In this document: positions 45,136-55,754 of the stretch, one piece after another | Numbering within the stretch: position 1 is the first letter of the stretch | How the letters are laid out: each line of letters starts with the position of its first letter | DNA from: an uncultured Gammaproteobacteria bacterium | GTDB taxonomy: Bacteria > Patescibacteriota > Patescibacteriia > Magasanikbacterales > UBA922 | Length of the DNA: 63,343 nucleotides | Direction of reading: 5' to 3' | Assembly (NCBI GenBank): GCA_964447765.1 | Contig: CAYUTO010000005.1 | Coordinates: 1 to 63,343, forward strand | Program-made: the position numbers and the translations under genes | The notes under the pieces: generated by a model | Database searches by the model: none | Told to the model about the DNA's origin: nothing | What the model saw: the letters and a program-made list of their open reading frames with translations, nothing else

Positions 45136-46365
45136 ATGATGTTTAAAGATTTATTTACTATTGCGGGGGGAGCATTGCTCAGACAGAAAATGCGCACCAT
45201 ACTTACGGTTGTCGCACTTGGTATTGGTATTGCGTCAGTTGTTATTATTGTTTCTGCGGGTAGGGGACTCGAATCAATGGTCCTTGGTGAATTGGATGTG
45301 TATAGTCCAAATACCATGAATGTTGAGGTGCGTGTTCCTGGTAAAGGAGGTGGAAGTATGACGAGTGGGGTCACTATTACCACTCTCAAAAATTCGGACA
45401 TGGAAGCTATTATGAAGCATCCGAATATTTCTCTTGCGTATAGTTATATTACTAGCCAGCAAGTGGTGAAATATCGTGAAGAGAATAAGACTGTAACGGT
45501 TTTTGGGTATGGCGCATACGCGGCCGAGGTGGATAGCGTAAAAATTTTAGAAGGAAGATTTTATACACCTGATGAAGAAGCTTCACTCGCACAGGTGGTA
45601 TTTATTGGATCAAAAATAAAAGAAGATTTTTTTGGTGATGATACTGCGGTTGGTAAAAATATTTTTATCAAAGGAAAATCATTTCGTGTCGTCGGAGTTC
45701 AGGAAGTAATGGGTGCTTCGTTTGGTTTTGATATGGATAGTATTGTCTATATGCCGACCGAGACACTTCAGAAACGGTTTTTGGGTACGGACTATGTGAT
45801 GGGTATTAATGCTCATGTGATTGATATGAGTCAACTTGATTCTACTAAAGAAGATGTAGAAATGTTACTTCGTGAAAGACATGATATTACCGATCCAGAT
45901 AAAGATGATTTTGAGGTAGCAACCATGGATGAGATTAGAGATACACTGGAGACGGTGGTAGGAGGAATCACTTTACTTCTGATTGCTTTGGTGTGTATTT
46001 CGCTTATTGTTGGTGGAGTTGGGATTACCAATATCATGTATGTAACGGTCTCTGAGAGAACGTTTGAAATAGGACTTCGCAAATCACTTGGTGCTAAGTC
46101 ACGAGATATTTTATTACAATTTTTAATCGAAGCCATGCTCCTTACATCTATTGGAGGAGTGATAGGAGTAATTTTTGGGGTATTAGTTTCATATCTCGTA
46201 TATCTTGTCGCTACTAGTGTAGGGCTTAATTGGGTATTTGCAGTGCCACTATATGCTGTGGTGCTTGCTATTGGCTTTTCGACTACGGTAGGTTTGTTTT
46301 TTGGCCTCTATCCAGCAAAGAAGGCAGCGCGACTCAATCCGATCGAGGCACTCCGTAAGGAATGA
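45136..46365 (+). CDS. MacB-family ABC permease 2
   Basis: RTILTVVALGIGI, ERTFEIGLRKSLGA, PAKKAARLNPIEALR. Confidence 0.93.
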   Translation: MMFKDLFTIAGGALLRQKMRTILTVVALGIGIASVVIIVSAGRGLESMVLGELDVYSPNTMNVEVRVPGKGGGSMTSGVTITTLKNSDMEAIMKHPNISLAYSYITSQQVVKYREENKTVTVFGYGAYAAEVDSVKILEGRFYTPDEEASLAQVVFIGSKIKEDFFGDDTAVGKNIFIKGKSFRVVGVQEVMGASFGFDMDSIVYMPTETLQKRFLGTDYVMGINAHVIDMSQLDSTKEDVEMLLRERHDITDPDKDDFEVATMDEIRDTLETVVGGITLLLIALVCISLIVGGVGITNIMYVTVSERTFEIGLRKSLGAKSRDILLQFLIEAMLLTSIGGVIGVIFGVLVSYLVYLVATSVGLNWVFAVPLYAVVLAIGFSTTVGLFFGLYPAKKAARLNPIEALRKE

Positions 46366-46370
46366 TACTG

Positions 46371-46458
46371 CAGTCAAAAGTCGGAAAGTCTATAAAGTCG
46401 AAAGTAATTTCAAATGCATATATATTTCTTGACTTTATGGACTTTTGACTTTCGACTG
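46371..46458. repeat. Periodic palindrome, AAAGTC family (copy 2)
   Basis: AGT units spaced 7,8,9,7 on the left; 46378-46405 is 25/28 identical to 38710-38737. Confidence 0.8.
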
Positions 46459-46473
46459 TTTTAAGGCTATACT
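46445..46473 (+). promoter_or_regulatory. Promoter of yidC, with the -35 box inside the repeat arm
   Basis: TTGACT-N17-TATACT. Confidence 0.65.
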
Positions 46474-46482
46474 AAGCCTACT

Positions 46483-47202
46483 ATGTTCGAATTTATTTGG
46501 AACGAAATACTCTATCAGCCATTGTTCAATGTCCTTATTTGGATGTACAACAATGTCACTGATCATAATCTCGGGTGGGCGGTAATACTCGTTACTATTG
46601 CTCTGCGAGTTCTCATGTTGCCCTTATCGGTTATTTCTGAGTATAACCGTGTGAGAAATCAGGAACTTGCGGCTGAAATTGAGACAATGGGTCAAGATTT
46701 CAAATTTGATCCTATTCTTCGAAAGGAACATATTCGAAAACTGGTGAGAGCACGAAAGGTACATCCTTGGGCAAAAACATTAGGACTCGTAGTCCAACTT
46801 CTCGTGTTGTTGTTACTCTATCAAGTATTCTGGCGTGGAATTACCGGTGAAAAGTTGATTACCTACCTCTATGACTGGGTGGATTTTCCAGGGACCATCA
46901 ATATCATGTTTTACGGCTTTAATTTGGCGGCCCATCATGATATAGTATGGGCGGGAATTGTAGCGCTTCTCATGCTCGCTGAAGTGTATCTCGAGGTGAG
47001 ACGGAATAAGAATGCTCCGACCAAATCAGACCTTCTGTACTTCATTTTATTCCCCTTGGCAACGTTCTATATTCTCTGGATGCTGCCGATGGTAAAATCC
47101 CTCTTTGTATTGACTTCTATCCTATTTTCTGCTATAGTGAACCCTTTATTGCATAGCGCAATGAAGCCAAAAAAGAAGGAAAATACCGATACTCATCATT
47201 AA
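46483..47202 (+). CDS. yidC: Short YidC/Oxa1-family membrane insertase
   Basis: YQPLFN, LGWAVILVTIALRVLMLPL with the conserved Arg, helical hairpin, VQLLVLLLLYQVF. Confidence 0.8.
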   Translation: MFEFIWNEILYQPLFNVLIWMYNNVTDHNLGWAVILVTIALRVLMLPLSVISEYNRVRNQELAAEIETMGQDFKFDPILRKEHIRKLVRARKVHPWAKTLGLVVQLLVLLLLYQVFWRGITGEKLITYLYDWVDFPGTINIMFYGFNLAAHHDIVWAGIVALLMLAEVYLEVRRNKNAPTKSDLLYFILFPLATFYILWMLPMVKSLFVLTSILFSAIVNPLLHSAMKPKKKENTDTHH

Positions 47203-47210
47203 TCTCTTAT

Positions 47211-47831
47211 ATGGCTGATTCGTCACTCGACAAACTCATGTATTCATTCGTGATGGAAGATGTCCTCAAAGGACTGTTTATCTATGTTCCACCAGGATAT
47301 GTGGCGTGTGTTTATGATCTTGGTCGAGGAGTATTGAAGAAAGTATTGACCCCAGGGCTTCATTTCAAAATTCCTTTCTGGCAGAAAGCGAAGCTTTTTA
47401 ATACTCAGACACTTGAATACGGTATTTCTCGCCAGTTTAATACGGCGAACCAAAAAGCAATGGGGGATATTCCAATTGCTGCGGTTACGACTGATAACAA
47501 ACGAATTGCAGTAGAAGGAACGATTCTTCTCCGCCTTGATATTCACCAGATTCCGATGATCTGGCAGACGATTGGTGAAGATTTTGTAGAAAAAATTATC
47601 CGCCCGACAATTCGCAGTCGTATGCGTATGGTTGCGACTCGATTTACCTATGAAGATTTGGTTGGTGCAAAACGTGATGCGGTTGAGACTGAAGTCAAAA
47701 ATGAACTTGAACGCATCTTCTATCCTCGTGGAATTTATGTAGAAAACATTCTTCTCAGTGAAATTTCTCAGGTCTCCGCTGCAAGTGGTGCAGGTGAAGC
47801 TCCGAAGAAAGATGATCACGGCCATCACTAA
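47211..47831 (+). CDS. SPFH/prohibitin (band 7) family protein
   Basis: PGLHFKIPF, IIRPTIRSRMR, RGIYVENILL. Confidence 0.85.
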   Translation: MADSSLDKLMYSFVMEDVLKGLFIYVPPGYVACVYDLGRGVLKKVLTPGLHFKIPFWQKAKLFNTQTLEYGISRQFNTANQKAMGDIPIAAVTTDNKRIAVEGTILLRLDIHQIPMIWQTIGEDFVEKIIRPTIRSRMRMVATRFTYEDLVGAKRDAVETEVKNELERIFYPRGIYVENILLSEISQVSAASGAGEAPKKDDHGHH

Positions 47832-47861
47832 GGTGATGGTTTTGTTTTTTAATATACGTAT

Positions 47862-48878
47862 ATGGTGTTTGGCGAAAGTTTTATAAAAAGATTATTTGGT
47901 AGTAATAGGCCAGAAAATAAACGAGAAATTGAGAAGAAAGAAATTCCTCAGTTTTTGAGTAATGCTGAAAGTAGAAAAGGTGATAATCATGAAGAGAATG
48001 AGGATAGTTCTATTTCTAATCATGAGCATCAGCTCTATGCGGTTTTTGATGGTGTGAGTGGTGCTGAAGGTGGTAAAATTGCTTCTGAAATTGCACGAGA
48101 TATATTTGAAAAAGGTTTTGATTCTGTTCCTTTTGAGTTAAGCGAGAATGATGCTATTGAAAAAATGCGTTCTTTGATTCAAGAAGCTCATACTGAAATT
48201 TGTAAACTAAAAACAGAGGAGAGTGGTATGGCGCCAGGCACTACGGCTACGGTAATTAAATTTTTACGAGATCCTAAAACTCAAAATTTTTATGGAGTAA
48301 TCGGGAATATCGGTGATAGTAGATTGTATCATGTAAGTAAGGGAAATTTTCGTAGACTCACCCGTGATCATAATAAACAATATCAAGAATCCATGGATCG
48401 TCAGGGTAAAAAAAATGCTTTTGTGAATAATTTGAGTTTTGTTGATGCTAATACAGGATCTGTTGAAGATGAACTCGATCATTGGGGAGGGGTAGATTAC
48501 AGTACTCTTGATGGAAAAAATGTATTTGCACAGAGTAAGAGTCGTAATGTAATTACTAGTTCGCTTGGTGTTACAAATGCTCGGCCAAATTATGTGGATA
48601 TAGTAATTGTTCGAGGAATTCTTCCGGGGGATAAATTTTTATTAACCAGTGATGGTATTCATGATAATTTAACTGCTGATGAGATTAGTAGTGTTATTAT
48701 TGAAAGCACTGATACAAAGCAATTGGTTCAGACTGCATATGAGCGTAGTCTCGATCTTGGCAAGGAAGACGGTAATTTGAGAGCAAAGCCTGATGATATG
48801 ACGGCGGTCTTGCTTGAGATTAATCCATCCAAAAAACAAGCAAGTTCTACAAGGCAGTCTCTTGAACAAGCTGCATAG
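47862..48878 (+). CDS. PP2C-family Ser/Thr protein phosphatase
   Basis: AVFDGVSG, GTT, NIGDSRLY, LLTSDGIHD, DDMT. Confidence 0.88.
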   Translation: MVFGESFIKRLFGSNRPENKREIEKKEIPQFLSNAESRKGDNHEENEDSSISNHEHQLYAVFDGVSGAEGGKIASEIARDIFEKGFDSVPFELSENDAIEKMRSLIQEAHTEICKLKTEESGMAPGTTATVIKFLRDPKTQNFYGVIGNIGDSRLYHVSKGNFRRLTRDHNKQYQESMDRQGKKNAFVNNLSFVDANTGSVEDELDHWGGVDYSTLDGKNVFAQSKSRNVITSSLGVTNARPNYVDIVIVRGILPGDKFLLTSDGIHDNLTADEISSVIIESTDTKQLVQTAYERSLDLGKEDGNLRAKPDDMTAVLLEINPSKKQASSTRQSLEQAA

Positions 48879-48895
48879 TGTACTTCTATTTTATA

Positions 48896-48926
48896 CAAAA
48901 AAGAGGCTCTTGACGCCTCTTTTTTG
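48896..48926 (+). terminator. Terminator after the PP2C gene, overlapping the hrcA -35 box
   Basis: CAAAAAAGAGGC-TCTTGAC-GCCTCTTTTTTG, perfect 12-bp stem. Confidence 0.8.
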
Positions 48927-48938
48927 TAGTGGTATATT
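48910..48938 (+). promoter_or_regulatory. Promoter of the hrcA-dnaK operon
   Basis: TTGACG-N17-TATATT with an extended TG. Confidence 0.7.
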
Positions 48939-48963
48939 ATCACTCAGATACTAAGAGTGATAA
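48937..48963. promoter_or_regulatory. CIRCE operator variant
   Basis: TTATCACTC-N9-GAGTGATAA versus consensus TTAGCACTC-N9-GAGTGCTAA, directly before hrcA. Confidence 0.9.
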
Positions 48964-48964
48964 T

Positions 48965-49648
48965 ATGATGACTCCTCGCAAGGAAGCTATTCTCAAATAT
49001 GTCGTTGAGACCTATATCAGGGACGCCGAACCAATCGGGTCTAAATTGATGTCTGAGAATGCGGCACTTGAGGTCTCGGGAGCAACGCTCCGTAATGAGA
49101 TGCGAGAGCTTGAGGAAGAAGGGCTTCTCACTCATCCGCACACCTCATCGGGCAGAATCCCAACTGAAAAAGGGTATCGATATTATATCGAGCATCTGAT
49201 GAAGCCGGAAATTATTGCAAAACGCACTGCAGAAAAAATTGCTCAGTCACTTTGTGAGTATCGAGATCGGGAGCAAAAACTCAAGATGTTTGCTCGAATC
49301 GTGTCTGAATTGTGTGGAAGTGCGGTTGTTATATCCTTTGAAAAAAATTCGTTGTACTATACTGGAATTTCTCATTTTTTTGCGCAGCCAGAATTTCAAG
49401 ATTATGAATTTACGGTGACTATGTCTGGAATGTTTGACTCGTTTGAAGATTTGATTCCAGAATTGTATGACGGGTATATCGGCACTGATCCACATATTGT
49501 TATCGGGTCCGAGAGCCCATTTGGAGACATGAGCGGCGTCGTTGGTGGACGCTTGAAAGGGGAAGAGTTTTTTGCTATACTCGGTCCACTTCGAATGCGT
49601 TATAACCGGGCCATTTCTCTTATTACCTATGGTCGAGATCTATTATAA
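48965..49648 (+). CDS. hrcA: Heat-inducible repressor HrcA, shortened (227 aa)
   Basis: EPIGSK, SGATLRNEM, HTSSGRIPTEKGYR, LGPLRMRY. Confidence 0.92.
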   Translation: MMTPRKEAILKYVVETYIRDAEPIGSKLMSENAALEVSGATLRNEMRELEEEGLLTHPHTSSGRIPTEKGYRYYIEHLMKPEIIAKRTAEKIAQSLCEYRDREQKLKMFARIVSELCGSAVVISFEKNSLYYTGISHFFAQPEFQDYEFTVTMSGMFDSFEDLIPELYDGYIGTDPHIVIGSESPFGDMSGVVGGRLKGEEFFAILGPLRMRYNRAISLITYGRDLL

Positions 49649-49657
49649 TATACATAT

Positions 49658-50167
49658 ATGAGCGATGAACAACAGGGAACAACTAATAATCAACCGCCAT
49701 CTGATGTTGAAAAAATGACGCAAGAGTGTCTGGAATATAAAACAGGTTGGCAGAGGGCAGTGGCAGATTACCAGAATTTGAAAAAAGAAATGGAATCGAA
49801 TCGTCAGGAATTATTTCAGTGGAGTGAAGAGAAAATTTTATCTGAATTTATTCCAGTCTACGATAATTTCAAAAAAGCGTTTGATCACCATCCTGAGCTT
49901 GATGGAGCAGATGAATTCCATAAGAAAGTACAGAATTGGGTGAATGGGATTGGATTTATTAAAAAACAATTTGAGGATGTGTTGAAGAATCATGGGGTAG
50001 AGGAGATTAAAACAGAAGGAAAATTTGATCCGCAGTTCCATGATGCGGTGACTGAAGAAGAAAGTGAGCTTGATCACGGAGCGATTGTTCGAGCAGTGGA
50101 ATCGGGATATACGATGAAGGGGAAAGTGATCAAGGTGGCGAAGGTGGTTGTCTCGAAAGGTAAATAA
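49658..50167 (+). CDS. grpE: Nucleotide exchange factor GrpE
   Basis: RAVADYQNLKK, FDPQFHDAV, GYTMKGKVIKVAKVVV. Confidence 0.94.
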   Translation: MSDEQQGTTNNQPPSDVEKMTQECLEYKTGWQRAVADYQNLKKEMESNRQELFQWSEEKILSEFIPVYDNFKKAFDHHPELDGADEFHKKVQNWVNGIGFIKKQFEDVLKNHGVEEIKTEGKFDPQFHDAVTEEESELDHGAIVRAVESGYTMKGKVIKVAKVVVSKGK

Positions 50168-50186
50168 GTTAGTATACATGTAACTT

Positions 50187-50990
50187 ATGTCAGAACGATT
50201 TCGAGGACAGAGCGTGGAAAAAAGTAATAAAACTGAAAAATCTGCTGAAGTAAAAACTTTACGTGATCGTCTTTTTAATAAGTGGATAGTGCTTTTTACT
50301 ACATTAGCTGTACTAGTCGGGCGTGAAGTTTCTTCCACAGAAGTAAGTCAGGGTATTAGTGAAGAAAATTTGCCGGATGATAAAGAATCATTAGTAGAAG
50401 TCGACCACGCTTTAAATGTACTTGGTGAAGCGATTTTGGAAAAAAATCACCGAGTCAAGAGTATGCAAAATCATGAGTTGGAAATGAAAAAAATTGCTCG
50501 GCTAATTCAGCGCGAAGAGGGTTGGAAAGGTGAATCTTCAAGTGTAGATGAAGAATTGATTGATCTGGCGACACTAAAACAAAAATCAAAAGAGGTGGAA
50601 GAGTTGGCTGTGGATCAGTGGGCAAAAGAAACATACCAGAAGATTTTTGATGCTCTACCGGATGATACATTTAAATTGTCGGTTAAAGAGTATGGGAAAG
50701 AGGAATTTGTTATTTCTAATCCCGAGGATGAATTTGAGGCGGAGTTAATTGTAGAACATGAAGATCCTGATGAGCAATATGAACTTGGGCAAGTAGCAGG
50801 AAATGAAACATTTACGTTAATAGTAAAATTAGAAGGTAAAAATCAGTCCTTTAATGTTGATTCATTACCTCAATTTTCAAAAATACTTTCTCATGTTCAT
50901 GATTTGCATGGCTTGTGGAATCAATATAAAGATGGAATGTTGACTCAAGAACAATATGAATTAAATAAGGAGAGTATAAAAAATAAATAG
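50187..50990 (+). CDS. Acidic orphan with one TM, inserted between grpE and dnaK
   Basis: 267-aa ORF; WIVLFTTLAVLVG; no recognised motif. Confidence 0.65.
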   Translation: MSERFRGQSVEKSNKTEKSAEVKTLRDRLFNKWIVLFTTLAVLVGREVSSTEVSQGISEENLPDDKESLVEVDHALNVLGEAILEKNHRVKSMQNHELEMKKIARLIQREEGWKGESSSVDEELIDLATLKQKSKEVEELAVDQWAKETYQKIFDALPDDTFKLSVKEYGKEEFVISNPEDEFEAELIVEHEDPDEQYELGQVAGNETFTLIVKLEGKNQSFNVDSLPQFSKILSHVHDLHGLWNQYKDGMLTQEQYELNKESIKNK

Positions 50991-51017
50991 AATTTTAACT
51001 AATCACTAATTAAGTAA

Positions 51018-52964
<1,947 letters not shown>

Positions 52965-52977
52965 TGATAGACTAATA

Positions 52978-53002
52978 CTAGCTAGGGAGTACCCCTGGCT
53001 AG
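52978..53002 (+). terminator. Hairpin after dnaK (terminator or mRNA stabiliser)
   Basis: CTAGCTAGGG-AGTAC-CCCTGGCTAG; weak T-tail. Confidence 0.55.
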
Positions 53003-53021
53003 TTATTTCTTACATATTTAT

Positions 53022-53606
53022 ATGACCAAACAAACACGAATTATCGCTGTAGTGGTAGGCTTGGTAGGAGTTGGTATTGCGTATTGGCTTATTTCTCCAT
53101 TGTTTATTGATAAGGAGGTAAATGAGGAAATTCCATTTGTGTCACAAAATAGCAATATTGCAGAACAAATTCCGGACACAGAGATTAGAGGTGATTATGG
53201 AAGTGCAATGATGGAAGTTCGTGATCTCGGAAAAGAGATGTCTGATTCTATGTCATCTGATGATCCAAAAGAAGTAGCGACTGGGACATTCGTAGAAGTG
53301 GCTCACGAGGGTGTGGGGGATGCAAAGATTATTACTTTGGGTGAGAATGAATCAATACTTCGATTAGAAAATCTTGATGTATTGAATGGTCCTGATTTGC
53401 GGGTACTTCTATCGCCAAGCACCTATATCAAAGGTAAAGGTGATTTGGGTGATTATGTGGAATTGGGTGAATTGAAAGGAAACAAGGGAGATCAGAATTA
53501 TGAAATTCCATCTCACATAGATCTTACTAAATATAATAGTGTCGTTATTTACTGCAAGCCGTTTGGTGTAGTGTTTAATGTTGCACTTCTTGATCGAAGC
53601 GAATAG
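53022..53606 (+). CDS. DM13-domain protein with an N-terminal TM
   Basis: [47 protein letters not shown]. Confidence 0.85.
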   Translation: MTKQTRIIAVVVGLVGVGIAYWLISPLFIDKEVNEEIPFVSQNSNIAEQIPDTEIRGDYGSAMMEVRDLGKEMSDSMSSDDPKEVATGTFVEVAHEGVGDAKIITLGENESILRLENLDVLNGPDLRVLLSPSTYIKGKGDLGDYVELGELKGNKGDQNYEIPSHIDLTKYNSVVIYCKPFGVVFNVALLDRSE

Positions 53607-53614
53607 TCTTACTT

Positions 53615-54721
53615 ATGTCATCAAAAGATTATTATAAAATTCTCGGTGTAGAAAAGACTGCGTCTGCCGAAGAAGTGAAAAAAGCATTTCGTAAGCTTGC
53701 GCATAAATATCATCCGGATAAGCAAGGAGGGGACGAAGCAAAGTTCAAAGAAGTGAACGAGGCTTTTCAGGTAATCGGTGATGAGACGAAGCGAAAGCAA
53801 TATGATCAGTTTGGTGCTGATTTCAATCAACAGGGTGGGTTTGGTGGTGGAATGAGTTGGGATGACTTTATGCGGGCTAGTCGTGGCCAGGGCGGAGCCC
53901 AGGGAGGATTTAATGGTAATTTTGGTGGGTTTGATTTTGGAGATATTTTTGGTGAGGCATTTGGGTTTGGTGGGGGCAGATCATCTCGTCAACGCAGAGG
54001 AAATGATATTCAGGTGGATATTGAATTAGAATTCAAAGATGCTGCATTTGGTATTGATCGAGAAATTAAGCTTACCAAAAATAATGCGTGCGATGTATGT
54101 ACTGGATCTGGCGCTGAACCTGGAAGCAAGGTTAATAATTGTGAAGAATGTAAAGGGTCTGGGCAAGTTCGACGAGTACAGCAAACGATACTTGGTGCCA
54201 TGCAAACAGCGGTAACTTGTTCCAAATGTAAGGGTGTAGGAAAATTTCCAGAAAAAAAATGTAAGCATTGTGGTGGTGATGGAGTTGTTCGTAGTGAATC
54301 ATCATATAATGTAAAAATTCCCGCTGGAATTTCTGAGGGTGAGGCAGTACGATTGGCTGGAAAAGGTGAGAGTGGCGGAGCGGGAGTAGTGCCAGGTGAT
54401 TTGTATATTCGTGTGCATGTTCGCGAACACAAAGGCTGGGAACGTGATGAATATGATATCCATAGTGAGATTGCTATCAACTATCCTCAAGCAGTGCTTG
54501 GAGATACAGTACCTGTAGAGACTCTTGATGGAGAAAAGAAAATTGCAGTGCCTGAGGGTGTACAAGCGGGGCAAGTAATTCGTCTGAAGGGTTTAGGAAT
54601 CCCTCGTTTGCACGGCACAGGGAGAGGGGATCACTATGTACATGTGAAAGTTGATGTACCAAAGAAAATTTCGAAGGCTGCGAAGAAATTGATTGAAGAG
54701 TTGAAGAGTGAATTAGAGTAA
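53615..54721 (+). CDS. dnaJ: Chaperone DnaJ
   Basis: HPD J-domain, G/F region, four CxxCxGxG repeats. Confidence 0.98.
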   Translation: MSSKDYYKILGVEKTASAEEVKKAFRKLAHKYHPDKQGGDEAKFKEVNEAFQVIGDETKRKQYDQFGADFNQQGGFGGGMSWDDFMRASRGQGGAQGGFNGNFGGFDFGDIFGEAFGFGGGRSSRQRRGNDIQVDIELEFKDAAFGIDREIKLTKNNACDVCTGSGAEPGSKVNNCEECKGSGQVRRVQQTILGAMQTAVTCSKCKGVGKFPEKKCKHCGGDGVVRSESSYNVKIPAGISEGEAVRLAGKGESGGAGVVPGDLYIRVHVREHKGWERDEYDIHSEIAINYPQAVLGDTVPVETLDGEKKIAVPEGVQAGQVIRLKGLGIPRLHGTGRGDHYVHVKVDVPKKISKAAKKLIEELKSELE

Positions 54722-54723
54722 TA

Positions 54724-54750
54724 AAAAATCACCCTTATCGGGTGATTTTT
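54724..54750. terminator. Bidirectional terminator
   Basis: AAAAATCACCC-TTATC-GGGTGATTTTT between convergent genes. Confidence 0.85.
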
Positions 54751-54753
54751 GTT

Positions 54754-55194
54754 TTACACAATAACTAGGTGTGTTTGTAGTTCTTCTACATCGTCCTCTA
54801 ATCTTTCTATCCGTCCTTCATGTCGCAGCAGTGCATGGTTAGTTGCTGCCATCTCCTCAGTCATTTTCTTGAGTACTCCGGTTATCTCATCCTGTACGGT
54901 GAGAATAGTATTTAAATTTTCTGGGATGTCCTTTATTTTTTCTTTGATGTCTGACACATTAGTTTGAAGATTAACGATTGATGTTGCCATTCTGTCAGCT
55001 GTGCTAGACAGTGTTTCTACTCTTCCTGATAGGATGCCCACTGTTCCAGAGAGTGTGCTGACTGTCCCAGTCAATTGATCTACTGTCCCGGTTAACGTGT
55101 CAACTACTCCAACTGTCTTATTTACTGTTTCCTTAATCTCAGAAACATCTGTTTGAAGCTGGGTTATTGGCTCAGCTATTTTATCTTCCTCCAT
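54754..55194 (-). CDS. Heptad-repeat coiled-coil protein
   Basis: TGTVDQL TGTVSTL SGTVGIL SGRVETL; ACTGTYCC at 55040, 55061, 55082 (21-bp spacing); AAGGAGG SD. Confidence 0.75.
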   Translation of the reverse strand: MEEDKIAEPITQLQTDVSEIKETVNKTVGVVDTLTGTVDQLTGTVSTLSGTVGILSGRVETLSSTADRMATSIVNLQTNVSDIKEKIKDIPENLNTILTVQDEITGVLKKMTEEMAATNHALLRHEGRIERLEDDVEELQTHLVIV

Positions 55195-55253
55195 ATAATT
55201 CCTCCTTAAGAATAATATGTGTATGTTATCTTACTCTGTGAAACATTGTCAAT

Positions 55254-55658
55254 TTAGTACGCTTTACCATCAAGTACGCGATTGACTTCTGCATCGGCTT
55301 CTTTATTTTTATGCCGCAATACATGGGTAATTCTCACTCGTTTGAATTTTTGTAACAAATTCCATGCTTCAATAAATAGTTTTTGAAGTGTTGGTTCTTT
55401 TACTTTCCATCGTCTGTTCAGTTGTTCTACGACGAGTTTACTATCCGCAATGCATTCTACTTCGTCGGCTCCTAGTTCCAGTGCTTTTTTGAGCCCAGAA
55501 ATAATTGCCATGTATTCGGCATAATTATTTGTTTGTTTGCCTAGATAATCACCAAATGCACTTACTTTTTTTCCTGTATCATCTTTGATTACTACTCCAG
55601 TTGCTGCAGGACCTGGATTTCCTCGAGCTCCGCCGTCGGTGTAGATAGTTAGTTTCAT
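55254..55658 (-). CDS. rnhA: Ribonuclease HI family protein
   Basis: YTDGGARGNPGPA, TNNYAEY, DSKLVVEQ, NKEADAEVN. Confidence 0.93.
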   Translation of the reverse strand: MKLTIYTDGGARGNPGPAATGVVIKDDTGKKVSAFGDYLGKQTNNYAEYMAIISGLKKALELGADEVECIADSKLVVEQLNRRWKVKEPTLQKLFIEAWNLLQKFKRVRITHVLRHKNKEADAEVNRVLDGKAY

Positions 55659-55670
55659 AAGTTTTATGGC

Positions 55671-55745
55671 ACACAGATTACCATGATCTCCATGATAATC
55701 CAGGATTATATCTTGGTTAATCCGGGTAATTCTGGTAATCTGTGT
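55671..55745. repeat. Periodic palindrome with ~9-bp units (CAGATTAC family)
   Basis: Perfect 13-bp terminal inverted repeat ACACAGATTACCA/TGGTAATCTGTGT; GAT cores at 55676, 55685, 55694, 55704. Confidence 0.75.
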
Positions 55746-55754
55746 TCTATTAGA

